DNA of 56,202 bases, counting the filler, from Blastocystis sp. subtype 4 (taxonomy: Eukaryota): the NCBI RefSeq assembly GCF_000743755.1. It is 2 parts of 2 records of this genome, joined end to end, with 100 filler letters (N's around TTAATTAATTAA, not from the genome) between each part and the next. Parts side by side here need not be neighbours in the genome. Positions count along the whole stretch, not along the records: positions 28,157 to 56,202 come from NW_014569412.1; 1 more part is not named here. One strand, given 5' to 3'. This document shows, in pieces, positions 38,788-52,300 of the stretch (positions within the stretch are counted from its first letter, which is position 1; each line of letters begins with the position of its first letter). Both the position numbers and the translations under genes were made by a program. The notes beneath the pieces were generated by a model. The model saw only the letters and a program-made list of their open reading frames with translations, had not been told where the DNA came from and ran no database searches.

Positions 38788-40050
38788 ATGCGTTTGAAGC
38801 CTGAAAAGATTGTACTGAAGAATACATGTCTCAAGAAGATGCTTGAGGTCCAGTGTTTTCAACGAAATGCACTAGTAGTGGATGGTATGGCTTAAGGAAG
38901 GGGCTAATTTGTAGCCATATTGCAGCGAATGAAAGATTTAAATCAAGCCATCCTTGAGACTAGTGAGGTTCATAAACGATTGCTTTTCTATTATGCTTTT
39001 CAGAATGTAGAATCCAACTGAAGGATACTGAGAGAGTAGGTTAGCAACGTTTATGAAGCGGCTAATCCAAATTTCGTTTTGAAAGAGTTTTCAAAGCTTG
39101 TTTGGGATAAGAAATGAATTTACTGTAGAGGCTATTGTTGAAGGATAATGCTGGGTATGAAACATCGTATGTTGCTCTTCAGCTATTGGCTGTTGTACTG
39201 ATACTATGTTAAATTGTTTTGTAGTTCAGGTTAATTCAACGGGGGTCGGATTCAACATCAACCAAAATGATTCTAGACAGTATTGATGTTGAAAGTGTAA
39301 TTTGCGGTGTCTGATAAGTTTCTAGAAATTCAGGATCCTGTAGTATCTTCATTTTATGACAAGTTGGAGTCTTGTTATGACAAAACTGATGATTATCTTA
39401 AGGAACGAGTGAAGTCTGATGAATTAGTTGAAGAATCGAATCTTATGAGGAAGAATATTCTCGATTATATCACATCCTCCGAGATTGCGACTCTTGGTGA
39501 GGCTCATTGTGATTCAGAGAGTTCTTCTCTTGTTGAGGTTTCTGTTCCTGAAACCCCTGCTGCTACGGTTTCTTCCCTAGGTACAACTGTTCCTCCAGCA
39601 GCCACAATATCTTCTTCCTCTTCTTCCTCTTCTTCTTCGGACTCGGATTCGTCTGTATCATCTTCAGAAACTCAATCATCCTCATCAGAAGAGGAAGATA
39701 ACGTCCCAACCAAGAAGCAGAAACTGAATGAAGAACACGACAGTGCCTATGAAGAATCATTTGATTCGAGAAGTGATGATGTATCGATCGTAGACGTGAT
39801 AAGGAAGGTGTAGGCAATGCAGGGACAAGTGTCAAGTAGAAATGCACGTTCACAAGCCGTAGTGACAGCTACCGTCAAGACGCAAAAGCGCCGCAAATGG
39901 ACTCCAGAAGAAGATGAATTGTTGAGAGAAGGATTGAAAGAGTTTGGAACAGGAAACTGGGTCATTATCCGAAATAAAATGAATTTGGATCGTACTGGTC
40001 AACAGATTAAGGATCGATGGAGAATTCTAGTTAAAGGAGGATTGTTGTAA
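38788..40050 (+). CDS. TRF-like protein with single C-terminal telobox Myb domain
   Basis: RRKWTPEEDELLREGLKEFGTGNW...RTGQQIKDRWR; Ser/acidic linker; TAA 40048-40050 with TGTTTGTT at 40053. Confidence 0.75.
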
Positions 40051-40106
40051 GTTGTTTGTTGGAAAGAGCCATTCTTCATAAAAGAGGCGAAAGAAACAAG
40101 ACTAGT

Positions 40107-40180
40107 TCTTCCATAGCTCAGTTGGTTAGAGCGTGCGGCTGTTAACCGCAAGGTCGACGGTTCAAGCCCGTCTGGGAGAG
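40107..40180 (+). tRNA. tRNA-Asn (GTT)
   Basis: Cloverleaf: acceptor TCTTCCA/TGGGAGA, discriminator G, D arm GCTC/GAGC, anticodon stem TGCGG/CCGCA with CT-GTT-AA loop, T arm GACGG-TTCAAGC-CCGTC; T-rich Pol III terminator follows. Confidence 0.97.
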
Positions 40181-40233
40181 TTTCTTTTTTGTTCCAACAT
40201 ATCTAATGTCTCAACAAACAAACTGCAAACACA

Positions 40234-41228
40234 CTATGTAAACAATTTTATGATAAGCAATCCAACGGCAACAATAATGAAGATCAAGACCATATCCATA
40301 CAAAACTTGTCTCCACTTCGTGACTTCTTTAGCGTATCACTCATCTTCTCCTGTACCTTCTTCATGTGTTCGTTCGTCTTATCGACAGTTGTTTCCAATT
40401 CGTCCAACATCTTATTCTGCTTCTGAATCTCATCATTCATTCCTTGAGCCATTCCTTGTAGATCATCAATTCCAGAACTAATCATCTCCAGAATCTGATC
40501 CACTTCCTGCTGATTCTTCTCGATCTGGAGAAGACCCTGTTGCTGGGCATCGGTAAGTTCAGGACCACCATCTCCATGGACCTCTCCAAATAGTTCCTTC
40601 TTCTTCTCTTGGGTCGATTCTACAATCACACAAACCACGCATAATTACCTGGGCCATCACCCGAACTCGCAGGAGTAAATTCGGCCTTCTTGATTTCAAA
40701 CGACGTTGTCTCGGCAAAACCAATGGTCGTATCTAACGTCATTGCCTTCTGTCCTTCTTCGCTCTTCTCTTGAACTTGTTTAATTTGAGACTGAATCGCG
40801 GCAAGTGCATCCAACCGATCTTTCAATTCTTCAGGAGACAGCTTTCTCTACACATGTCACACCAAATCATACAATTATGTCCTACAATGCGTTTCTTTCT
40901 GTCCTTTTCATATTTCTCCTTCAATTTCTCATAATTACCGCAGATGTCCTTTAGTTTCTTGAACACAGATGCATTGATCTCAATAACCTTTCTTCGGTTG
41001 GCACCCCGTTCTGTGAGTTCATTTCTCTGTTCAATTAACTAAATACGTAACAAATGCCAGAAACAAGCATACGTTCTTCACTTCCGAAATTTGATTGAGG
41101 ATCTTGGATTGGAGTGCCTGGAATCCCTTTTCATCTTCTTCAACAGTCACTCCTTCAGGGACATCCAAACCAAGCTCTTCCTGCATATAGCGCAATTTCT
41201 CAAGTCTTTCAGTCACTTCCTTTTCCAT
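40234..41228 (-). CDS. Qc-SNARE, SYP7-like syntaxin
   Basis: SNARE motif DQILEMISSGIDDLQGMAQGMNDEIQKQ and tail anchor FCMDMVLIFIIVAVGLLIIKLF. Confidence 0.8.
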
Positions 41229-41330
41229 ATTGAGATTGAGACAAGTGTTGCGTCCTTTCGATGATGATACGAAACGGATTCCACGGTTATTTTGTTCATT
41301 ACTGCAGACGAGTATTGAATAACAAACACG

Positions 41331-43660
41331 CTAATTCTGATAAAAGGCATTTTGAAAATCTGCATAATGGGTAACCATCTCCCCTGTAATGGACGGTTGA
41401 GTCGATTTCACAACAGCCACTAGAACTGTCTGCGATATTGAGTCCACATTCATATTCTCCCGTAGTGCCCGATACACAGCCTCACGGCAGATATTCTCGA
41501 TATCTGCTCCCGAAAACCCTTCTGTCAATTCAGCTAATTCATCTAAATTGAGTGTTTCATCAGGATGCAAATATTCTGAATATACTTTGAAGATTTCTTT
41601 TCGAGCCGCCTTGTCGGGCGGAGGAATGTAGATGAGTTTGTCAAAACGTCCAGGCCGTAACAGTGCATCATCAATCATTTCAGGACGATTGGTTGCTCCT
41701 AGAATGATAATCCCATTACTGTTCTCAATGCCATCCATTTCAGTCAAGAACGTCGCCATCACTCTGGTTTGAACAACATCATCCCCGCTTCCCATCCCTC
41801 GTTTACAAACCAACGTATCAATCTCATCAAGAAAGATGATCGCGGGAATGGCTGCCCTGGCGCGAGCGAAGAGAGATCGAATAATGGCCTATATAATACG
41901 ATTTCATCAATGAGTACTTCAGATTCACCCACATAAGGGGAAAATACTTGCGAAGTATTGAGTGTCCAGAAAGAGGCATGGGATTCTGATGCTAAGGCTC
42001 GAGCCAATGTTGTCTTGGCACACCCTGGAGGACCATAAAGGAGGATCCCTCGAGGAGGTGCTAAGTGAAAACGTTGATACTGCTGTTTGTGAATCAGAGG
42101 CCATTCAACACACTAGAAGTCACATAGAAGAAACAGGAATCACTTTGTGAAGCTCTAACTTCACATCTTCCATTCCTCCAATACTCTCCCATCGGATACC
42201 TGTCACACGCTCCTCATTCTTCATGATGGATGGAGTGATTCCTCCGAGAACACGTAGAAGGAATGAGAATGAGAGTTCAGACGATTCTTCCACACTTGTG
42301 ATCATTACCTGTCGAACAAACAGTTCTAGATCTGCTCCTGAGAAGCCACGAGTAAGCAAACTCAATTCGTCCAACTCTCGTTCCACACATTTATTCACCC
42401 CATACGATGCAAAATACTGAGCCAGAATCTCTTTCCGTTCGTCTTGTGTAGGTGGAAGGATTGACACTTCACGATCGAACCTTCCTGCCCGTCGTAGTGC
42501 CGTGTCCAAGAGATAGGGCTGGGTTGAGGTGGCAATCACCAACACACGGTGGGAAACAAACAACCCATCCAGACAGGTAAGGAATTGAGAGACAATCTGA
42601 ACATTCTCGTGATCATATTCAGACCTTTTGACACAAATCCGATCGATATCATCAATGACAAGAATAGCCACATTTTGGTCACTACTCTCAACGAAATTGG
42701 AAGCATTAGAAAATACCTCTATCTATCAAACTCTCTTTCGAATGTCACTTTGAATCGATCGTGCCCCATCACCATAATTCACATTCTCCAGGGAAGCTGG
42801 TGTGAGTGTCTGAACAAGAGAGTTCACGTAGGGTTTGCAATACTGGATAGCAGCTTGAATCTAGAATTGATCATGATATGAGCCACTACCACAGCAGACT
42901 TTCCCAGACCATGATCTCCAGTAATGAGAATACCTTTAAAAAGACGGAGTGAACCCGAATTCAACTCCTTCTGGAAGATACGATGATAGAGAATGGAAGT
43001 AACAAGAACCCGATAACACTCGGAGAGACCTGGAAGAGGACAGTGAAGGGAGAGAATGGATGGAGGTGGGGATAGTGTTTCAGAGGAGTACTGAGTTCGT
43101 TTCAGTATCACAGTAGTGTCGATGAGACAAGTGAGAATGGAATTACTAGGTAAAGAACTAGCCTTGATATGGATAATAGATATTACGATGTAATCATATA
43201 CGAATGATTTGCTATTGTAACACAGCCTCCTAGAAAAACAGGACAACGATGGAGATACTGAGATAATCGACGATTGAACGAAACGGAAGGTGGTTGTAAT
43301 GGTGTCTCCATTACAAGCCGAAGAGCTTCTTTCGGAGATGCAAATTGAGTAATGGAAGCAGCAACGTATTTAGATTGTGGAAATGCGTTGGAAGGAGATT
43401 TATAAGAGCAAGGATACAAAAGAATGATAGAATTTGAAGGAGATGGTTTCTCCCACACAACTGCAACAAAACAATAGTCCTACACAATTACTGTACTTCA
43501 CAGCACTTACCTCACCACGAATCGATGTAGACAATATAATGGTCATTCCCGAGCTGAGTCGCTCTTGTTTCATAATCACTTTAGGGATGTAGCATCGTCC
43601 AAATTCTTCAATGCGTTCATCGTTCACAAGTTCAACAGAATATCTCTTTGGTGGATGCAT
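41331..43660 (-). CDS. Double-ring AAA+ ATPase, AFG2/SPATA5(L1)-like
   Basis: D1 GDHGLGKS / VIDDID; D2 GILLYGPPGCAKT, FLDEID, ATNRPEMIDDALLRPGRFD. Confidence 0.85.
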
Positions 43661-43937
43661 GATACGTTATAGAACGATTTTCCACACACACAGACAAAAA
43701 ATGAAAGAGAAATCAGTTGGGTGGAAAAGAATGATGAACTCACAAAGGAGTTAGGAACCTTCCATTGATCCATCCATCCACACATACACATTTCTGGTTT
43801 GTGACACTCCGATATTCATAAGAACCTATATGACCCTTTGAATATCAAGGAGAAGAGACTACTATACGTTTTCCAGAGTAAACCAAAATCCGTTCTGTTT
43901 CTGGCAGAGAATCTGTCATCCAAAAAAAGGAATATCG

Positions 43938-44838
43938 ATGTCTGCTGAAGGAGAAAAGGTTGTTGAGAATGAGAAGAAGGAGGTCCCCGAGGAGACTACT
44001 CCTGAGAAATCGACTGAAGGTAACTCGATGTAGGGGTGGGATAACACATAGAGACCATTCCCAAAACGCATAAACTTCAGTCTGCATGGTCATTCTGGTA
44101 GAATTGGTCGCAAAGTCTTCATGGATAGGTATGATAAGAAGCTTCCAAGAGGCCAACAAGTGTATTCTATTTTTTGCATTTATTTATTTTGTAGTGTCAA
44201 TTACACCGAAAACCTAAAGAGAATTGGAACGTTTGATACTGTTGAAGATTTCTGGAGGTAGATGGAGATCTCGATCTTTCATTTCTAGATATTACATTCA
44301 CATGAAGCGTCCTTCTGCCTTAGATAAGGACTGTAACTACTATTTGTTCCGTGAGCAGTTAATTCCTGCTTGGGAAGTTTGAAATGTAATTGCAGGTAAT
44401 TTGTAGACGTTCCCAAATGGTGGTTGCTGGATTCTGAAGGTGAAGAGAACTTCGGGAGTGTTGGGCAAGTTGTGGCAGGATCTGGTAGGTAAGAATCAAG
44501 AGAGTGATGTATAGGTGTTTGCCGCTATTGGTGAGGCCTTTGAAGACCCCAATGTGGTGGGAGTTATGATGGCTCGTCGTACGAAGGAGGATATGATCAG
44601 TGTATGGAACAGTGCAAACACATCCTTTTCGACTATTGGGTAGAAGAGAAGAGAGGAAGTGATGTATAGAGACAGACTACGTGAGATTTTGGGTCTGGAT
44701 CCTACTACTATTGTTGAGTACAAGTTGCACAAGCAGAGTCTGGTTGATGGTTCAACCTTCCGTAATGCTCAAGCCTATGTTTTCGCAGCCAAGCCCGAAG
44801 AATCAACGGCTTCCGAAGAGAAGAAGGAGAGTGCTTAA
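43938..44838 (+). CDS. eIF4E: eIF4E-family cap-binding protein
   Basis: HKLQSAWSFW, FDTVEDFW, LFREQLIPAWE, NGGCW, LWQDL, AIGE, ISVWN after splicing seven short introns. Confidence 0.9.
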
Positions 44839-44877
44839 TTCGAATCGTTTGTATTGTTTGAGAAAACACAGAACAAA

Positions 44878-46027
44878 CTACTTCATAAATACAATCTGGA
44901 TGGCAAAAAGCAGGAACATAACACCTCCTATAAGTCATGTACTTGATACATACACTACCTGCGATTGTAACAATTCGAGGAGACACCTTGGTAGCCAAGA
45001 AGGATCCTCCTAAAACAGCAAGAAGGGATGTCACAAAGTAACCAACACATCCTCCAAAGAAAACAGAAAGAACGGGATGCGTTCCTGCTAGGAGAATTGT
45101 TGACACTTGAGAACGGTCACCCCATTCTGCAAAGAATATCATAAGAAAGACTTGAACCATAACACTATCAGAAGGTTTACAGATTTTGGCTTCTGTTGTG
45201 GGAGTTGTTATGAGAGGAGATGCTTCGGTTGACATTTCCTCCGATTTCAAACTGGAGTTGATCTCCTGTTGTGCTTCTTCTAATTCACTATGATCACTAC
45301 GAATAAAGACTATTCCTCATAACAACTCTTTGTCCATCTTGATTCCATTGATGATCATCTTCACTCCAAAAAATGTGAACTAGCGATAAAAGGAACAGTT
45401 AATTTCTCTACAAGAACTGATGCAATAGAAACGGTGACAGTACGAGACATTAGCACTGGTAGCACAATACCCATGGCACATGAAATTCCATTCATTAAAA
45501 ACAGAGCAGTGACAGATGCTACTAAAATAACCCACTTGTTGTGAGTCATAGCCATAATAGCCGAAATAAAGAAGGTTTTATCCATAAACTCCATACTTAA
45601 AATCATCACCGTACTATGGGTGAATCCATCTATCCACGAATGTGAATGAGGATTCTTCTACTGATCAGACATTCGCCAAACATGTACGTGATGATGGTGG
45701 CGTTTAGGATCTGCATCATGACGGAGTCTACCCCAAATCCCTTGTCTAGGTTCACGATGATGATTGAAATGAAAACGCCTGCCGTTCAAGTGGCGATCAT
45801 TTCCATCTCTTAAATGACGATTTTCCAATTGAAACGATTGTTTCATCACAGATTGGAGTTGTTCCACTTCACGAACTACATCATGGTCTCTCTCCTTCTG
45901 AGGTGCCTTATTTCTATTGTTCACTATCTTATGGGACGATGTACAGACTAGAGAGTTGTACGGAAGAAGCACTCTGCACCAACAACAACAACACGAAAAA
46001 TGAGAGAAACCACTTAGGAAGCGTCAT
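44878..46027 (-). CDS. GDT1: GDT1/TMEM165 (UPF0016) Ca2+/Mn2+ transporter
   Basis: Signal peptide, His-rich luminal region, EFMDKTFFISAIMA and AEWGDRSQ motifs. Confidence 0.88.
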
Positions 46028-46130
46028 GAATGTGAGAATAATGAACAGTTCGTGGTTTTATTATAGAATGAGAACCGCGATTTTTGGATACTCACGATTA
46101 TTGTCATTCAGGCAGATCAACGTAAGTGTG

Positions 46131-47306
46131 ATGACTCGGATCATTCCTAATAAACCATTTATTGCAGCAACTGCGATTCTGCTTCTCTGGGTCGTGGCAT
46201 CTCTATTTATCGTGATTCCGGTTCATGTATCAACCATTCTCATTTCGGTGTGTTTGGTATATATTGGTTCTTACATTTCGATATTCACAAAGAAGGTACA
46301 AGGAGGTTGGTTTTGTGACCTGTAGGAAGATCAAATGAGCAAGAACGATGCCAAAATGTTCCCCATTATCGCATCTGGATCTCTTCTTTCGCTGTATCTT
46401 GCATTCAAGTACTTTAACGAGGATGTTGTCAAACAACTTGTTTTCCTGTACTTGGTATTTGTTTCTTCTGCTACGCTTGCTGGCTGCTTCAATTTGGTTC
46501 TAGAGAATCACTTTCCCAAGGTGTTGTATACCTTTTCGATGACGTGGCGTAGGATTCAAACGCTGTTAATTCCATAGCATGGAAATTTTCTACGGATATT
46601 CGTCTTTGCGATGTGATTGCATATCCACTTGCTTTTGCATTTGGAATTCTCTACTACTTCACCCAGCATTGGGCAGGTAACAACCTTCTCGGTATCTCGA
46701 TTGTGATCATCGTTGGTCTTTGGTACTTCTTTCATATCTAGTCTTTGGGCTATGAATCGATCGGATCCTTTAAAAATGGATTTATTCTTATGGCTGGTCT
46801 ATTCCTATACGACATCTTCTGGGTGTTTGGAACTGAGGTAATGGTGAAGGTGGCTACGGGTGTGAAAGGACCTATCAAGTTTGTATTCCCGAAGGCTCTT
46901 CCTGCACCGAATGAATACACACGAGAATACTACAGTATGTTAGGCTTGGGAGATGTTGTGGTTCCTGGATTCTTCATTGCATTTTTGCTGGCTTTTGATG
47001 CTTACAATGCTCGAAAGGAAGGAAAGGACACATTGACATCTGCTGATTGGAAGAAACCTTATTTCCATACTTGTTGTGTATTCTACGCATTGGCATTGCT
47101 AGCTACGGTGGTCGTAATGCTGTACTTTAAGCATGCTCAAGTGATGCTTGGAATGGATGTTTGATGTATAGCCTGCTTTGTTGTATATTGTTCCTGCTTG
47201 TTTCATTGCATCTTTCGGTACGGCACTGTATAAAGGTCAGCTGAAGGAATTGTGGAATTACTCAGAAGAAGAGATAACAACTAAGTACTCTAAGAAGAAT
47301 GATTAA
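46131..47306 (+). CDS. Signal peptide peptidase (A22B aspartyl protease)
   Basis: LFLYDIFWVFG, LGLGD, QPALLY, C-terminal KKND ER-retrieval signal. Confidence 0.92.
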
Positions 47307-47344
47307 ATTGTGGTTATAACTGTATTGTTCAAACAAACAGACCT

Positions 47345-49090
47345 TTAGATTTTGGGAAGAAATTCTTCCTCATTTTCAGTTACTAAATCACAGTAATTCA
47401 TGATATGTTTACAAATCTTTTCATATTCCTTGACTCCACTAGCTTGGATTTCCAATACACGATCAATACCTCCCACTTCATTCAGAAACACATAATATGG
47501 ATTTTCATTTAATTGACAATGTTTCTGGACATGATTTCCAACCTAGCTATGATACTCTTTGGTTATTCCTACCTTCAATATCCGATGAATGCTAATTAGG
47601 ATATTCATTTCTAGGGTCGGATTTGTTGTCTGAGAGAGAATTCGGATCAACGGTCCCACAACTTGCTTTTCAACAATGTATCGTATCTACAATCAATCAT
47701 CTCCATATTTTCATACCTGCTCGACGGTCCCTCCATTGATGGCATTACATAATGCCCAGATGGCTTCGGTTTGAAGCACAAGACTCTCTGTATTTGCCAC
47801 ATTGATGAGGTATTTGATGAATCCCATATTGATGACTTGGGTAATTTGCTGAGTTGTTCCCGCGGTTATATTACTGAGAATCCATAATACTTCTTTCTTT
47901 TGGAGTTCCTGGGCTTTTCCCAAAAGTACCGCCAGAACACGAAGCAATCCTGCGTTCAACATCACTTGGGTATCGTCCTGATCTCCAGACACAAAATTGC
48001 CTGCTAGTCGCAATGCGGGACTTTGAAGCCGAATGTCATCATATAAAATCAAATATAGCAAATATTGTGGATTCACATAACTGAGGACCTCCTTCTTCTG
48101 CTCCGATTTAGCTTCGGTAAGAAAGCAGAAGGCCCAACATGCATCTGCGACAACTTCCGGCATGTTGCAATTCAATAACCGTTGTAGGAACCCTAAATGA
48201 GGCTGGATATAAGGAAATTGTGAAGCATCGCGTTTTGGATTGCGACAAAGATTGGAAAGGCACCAGATGCAGTTCTTGATGACGCCAACTTTGTCCATAT
48301 TCTGATTAGCAAACGCAACGATAACAGAAAAGCCATTACGTTGGAGGATCATTTGACGGTATTCATCACAATCGCCTGAAATGTTTCCAAGAGCCCATAC
48401 AGCTTGTTCCTGGACCTCCAACTTGGTTGAATTGAGAAGACAGAGAATGGGATCAATGGATCCCGCATTCACGACAACAGCCGTCTTTATTTAATGAGAA
48501 ATGGAAAGAATACCTGTTGGGAGGTTCCGGAGGCAATGTTGGTTAGTGCCCACACTGATTCAAACTGAAGCTCTGGCAAATTGTCATAGGATAAAAACTT
48601 CACCAACGAAGGTACAATGCCTGTAGCAATCACATCATCTACATACTTCCCATCTTCTACCCATAAGATCTTCAGCGAAAAACTACTTTGAGATAACAAC
48701 CTGCGAATCTGTTTTGTAGCCTTAATGACGGTTATAGGATCCTCGGCCAAGATACAAGCGGCATATTCATCCAACTATGGTAAAATGGAATTGAAATGGA
48801 TTGTACACGCGATCGATCAGGAAAAGACGATCCCTCTCCTCGTTGATCGCTGGAACTCGTAGTCTCGATCCTCTAGAGAAATGAAGTTTTCCCATCATCT
48901 CTACTCCTCGCTTCTTCTGAATCATTTCATCTCGACGTTTTCGGTTCAATTCATTCGCACATAGCACTTGTCGATTGGAAATCGTATCTGTAGATACACC
49001 TTTCTTCAAAGCTGCATTCAGACTCCCTCGGTTCATACGACGTTCGAAATTGATGTTTCTAAGTGACAGCATCTTTGTATTTCTATTCAT
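47345..49090 (-). CDS. Importin alpha (karyopherin alpha)
   Basis: IBB-like RKRRDEMIQKKR, ARM repeats LQFESVWALTNIASG, EQAVWALGNISGD, WILSNITAG. Confidence 0.92.
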
Positions 49091-49327
49091 TTTTATAGTG
49101 ATTTAGAGACGGAATAGTAAGTGGTTTGAAGTGAAATCGGGTTGAGAAAGAGGAGTCTATGATTACCTTATTCGGATGAAGTTGAGAGCAAATCCTTTCC
49201 GTTATAGGTTTTAGACGATTCTTTTGGGTTCAAATCGATTGGTGTGGATGAATATGAAAAACAAGCAATGAAACCACTAAACAGATTCTCTTAAAAGAGC
49301 TTTGTTACGTCAAATAGAAGCGATACA

Positions 49328-52300
49328 ATGGAATCGCCTTCTCCAGAAGATTCGAATCGAGAATATGTATATCCGATTCTAAAGACAGAAGTGCATGAAG
49401 CCGTTGCAATGCTACATTCTAGTAGCAGTGAGAAAGCGGTGACACAATTAAATAATGTGATTTGCGGATAGAGGTAGATGACTGTTTAGATATCAACATC
49501 CTTTGGCCATCAAGCTATGCCGATTATTCTCTCGGAGCTCTTTTCTGTCCTCCTTTGTATATCAGATAAGAATATATCGAATTATAAGCAAGAATTTGAC
49601 TATTTGGGACACTTTGTGAAGTCGTTGGTGATGCAAGTTGATGCACAGTTCATAATTCAGGTTGTAATGGATTGCTTTTTGTTGTGACTTGAAGGCGTTT
49701 TCGTCAATTCAAGACGTAACAGTTTCTCTTTCGTTTTCCCAATTTGTCAACATGCTACCAATTGATATTCTTCCGAAAGCTTTATTTGCTATATTGGTGA
49801 ACGGACTGGAGAACCAACCGTTTAAGAGTGTAGGAGAAGTTGATAGGAGTGATCCTTAGCAACCAAAGACATATTTAATCAATTGTCTGAACAATCAAGA
49901 ACACCTTAAGGAAATTTCGTCATGTCAAGTATACATTTACGATTTCATATCCTTTGTTATGGATAATACTGTAAGTATGTGTAATCTTATTGATTCTAAG
50001 TCGTCATTCGATGCATCATCTCTGAAGTCTATTCTTGATACTCTTTCTAATGAATCTGTTCTTTCGGTATCAACCGAACTGGACTCTTTGTCTAAACCTC
50101 CTATCGAAATGTATCTCTTTCTTTTTCTCTTTTCCACAGTTCTCATCCGAAGCCAGGCCTTCAGATGCTTCCTGATCTTGGTTGTGTAGTATCTATTTCT
50201 ACTCCATTTCTGCTTTCAGTTCTTCGTGCTCTCTGTGGTTGTTGTATGAAATTACTTCTATCTTCATTCTAGCTACAATTCATCTTGATCCTCACGAAGT
50301 GGCTATAGTTCTCATTCAACTTGCGAATACTGAGGCAGTAGAAGACATTTCAACGCAAATCCTAATGTAAAACCCTTATTCTTCTCTTACTGTAGGATTC
50401 GTGATTTTCTACGTTACTCGAAACTTCAGTTACCATCCGAAGTCTTGATTCGTTGTTGGGACGTTCCTGTGTTGGTCTCAGCTCTCAAACAATTTGACCC
50501 TCAAATCGACTTCAGACAGGTATTTGACTCTCTCGATTGTGATGACTTCTTTCTCTCCTCACAACAGGCGTTTGGGTTCCTCAATCAAGTCTGGACTGAA
50601 GCTTCACTTGAAGGAACGCTGGGATCAATCATATGCAAGCCTTGGACAAATCAGCGTACATTTTCTGATCTTCTTCTGACTGTAGATGGGAAGTCTCAAT
50701 TCATTCGTTATGCTCTTCATTATCCTACAAATGTATTTAGTTCATTACCTCGTTCTTCATTCATTGTTTCTCTCATTCATATCTCTAATTGAATAGATTG
50801 CAAACCCTTCATATCCTATCCCTTCTGAGTTCGCTGTTTGGACTTCTAAATGTCTGTTGGATGCCATTCTCGAGTTAATGGAGAGTCCCTGTTTTGAAGA
50901 GACTAAGGCTCTCATTGTGCCCATCATGACTCAACAACCACTTCTTTTCTTCTTCCTCCTTCTCGTCTCCGAATCTCATACTTACATCTGTCGATTCCTT
51001 CTTGAACAACTTCTCTTTCGCATCTTAAGTCGGACGATCACTCCTTCGGATTTGCCATTCCTACGAAAAGCAGTTGAGGAATATAAACCATTGGTTGTTG
51101 AACTAATTGAATCATTCATGCGCAGTCATGAAGAGATTCCTTCCTCATTCTTACTCAATATCAATGAGCTCAATTTACAGGAGTCTCTTCTCATGAGTGA
51201 ACATTGTACAGTATTCAATCATATTTTTGTCAAGAATTTTACGACAGAAAAACAGGCTATTTTTGAACCTATCCTCACTGCTCGTATAGAACGTTATGGG
51301 GTGATGGTTCTTACCACAATGCTTTCATTCATTCAAGACCAAGTCCACAGTCTAGAGAGTGCTTGCAATCCTGTTTTATCGCTCCTTCAATTCATTGATC
51401 ATCTTCAACGTACTTCACTCAATCTCTCTCCAGGCCAATTAGTAGACATCTCTGGAACCATTCAATCCTTGTGCGAAGCATCACCTCTTATGAAAAGTGC
51501 ATGGGAGGAAACAGTGAAACAACAGGCTGATGCAATGTTTCAAGACTTATTTAAGGTCCCTCGAAGTAGTGATACATTTTGCGCCTCAATCCGCAAATTA
51601 CGTCACTCACCGTATTATTACGACATTCAGGTCTATTACAAATTCCTCAATCGTCTGTTATCTGAACTAACAATTGCTATTGAAGGAGCACTTGTCTCTG
51701 GAGACACAGCGATTATGTTAACGTTGGCAGGATATGTAACATCACTATTTGTACAACGAGTACTGGAGGAAGAGGAACATGACACATTGGAAACCTTTGT
51801 CACAATTCTGAAGAAATATGAATCAACTCCTTCAGGAGTAATTCTCCTTCAAACGGTCTTACCATCTATCCGGTTAGTGGTTCAGGATCATCATGATCTT
51901 GAAACAATGCTGAAGAGTGAATATGCCAGAGTGATGGTTCAACCTTCGATCAACATCACAGAGAATCCAACTGGTCTTCCTCTTACACCATTACGAAGTG
52001 TTCTTTCAGCTACACCTTCATTCTCAGATCAAGTCTTTGCTTCTCCTACGTTACAACGTAATCAAACTGAAACATTATTCCCTGAATTTAAGAATTGTGT
52101 TCCATTGACTGAAACTGTAATGGCAAATATCAAACGAGTTATGAACCAAATGGGAAGCAACAACGTTGATCGAATTACACAAAGATTATTCTCACTTATT
52201 CAGCCATCCCAATTTCCAAGTTTTGCTCTTTTTTTTGTTGACGGATATGTGTTACGACAACCACAATATTTGGACCGATATTTGGAAATGATATTATCAC

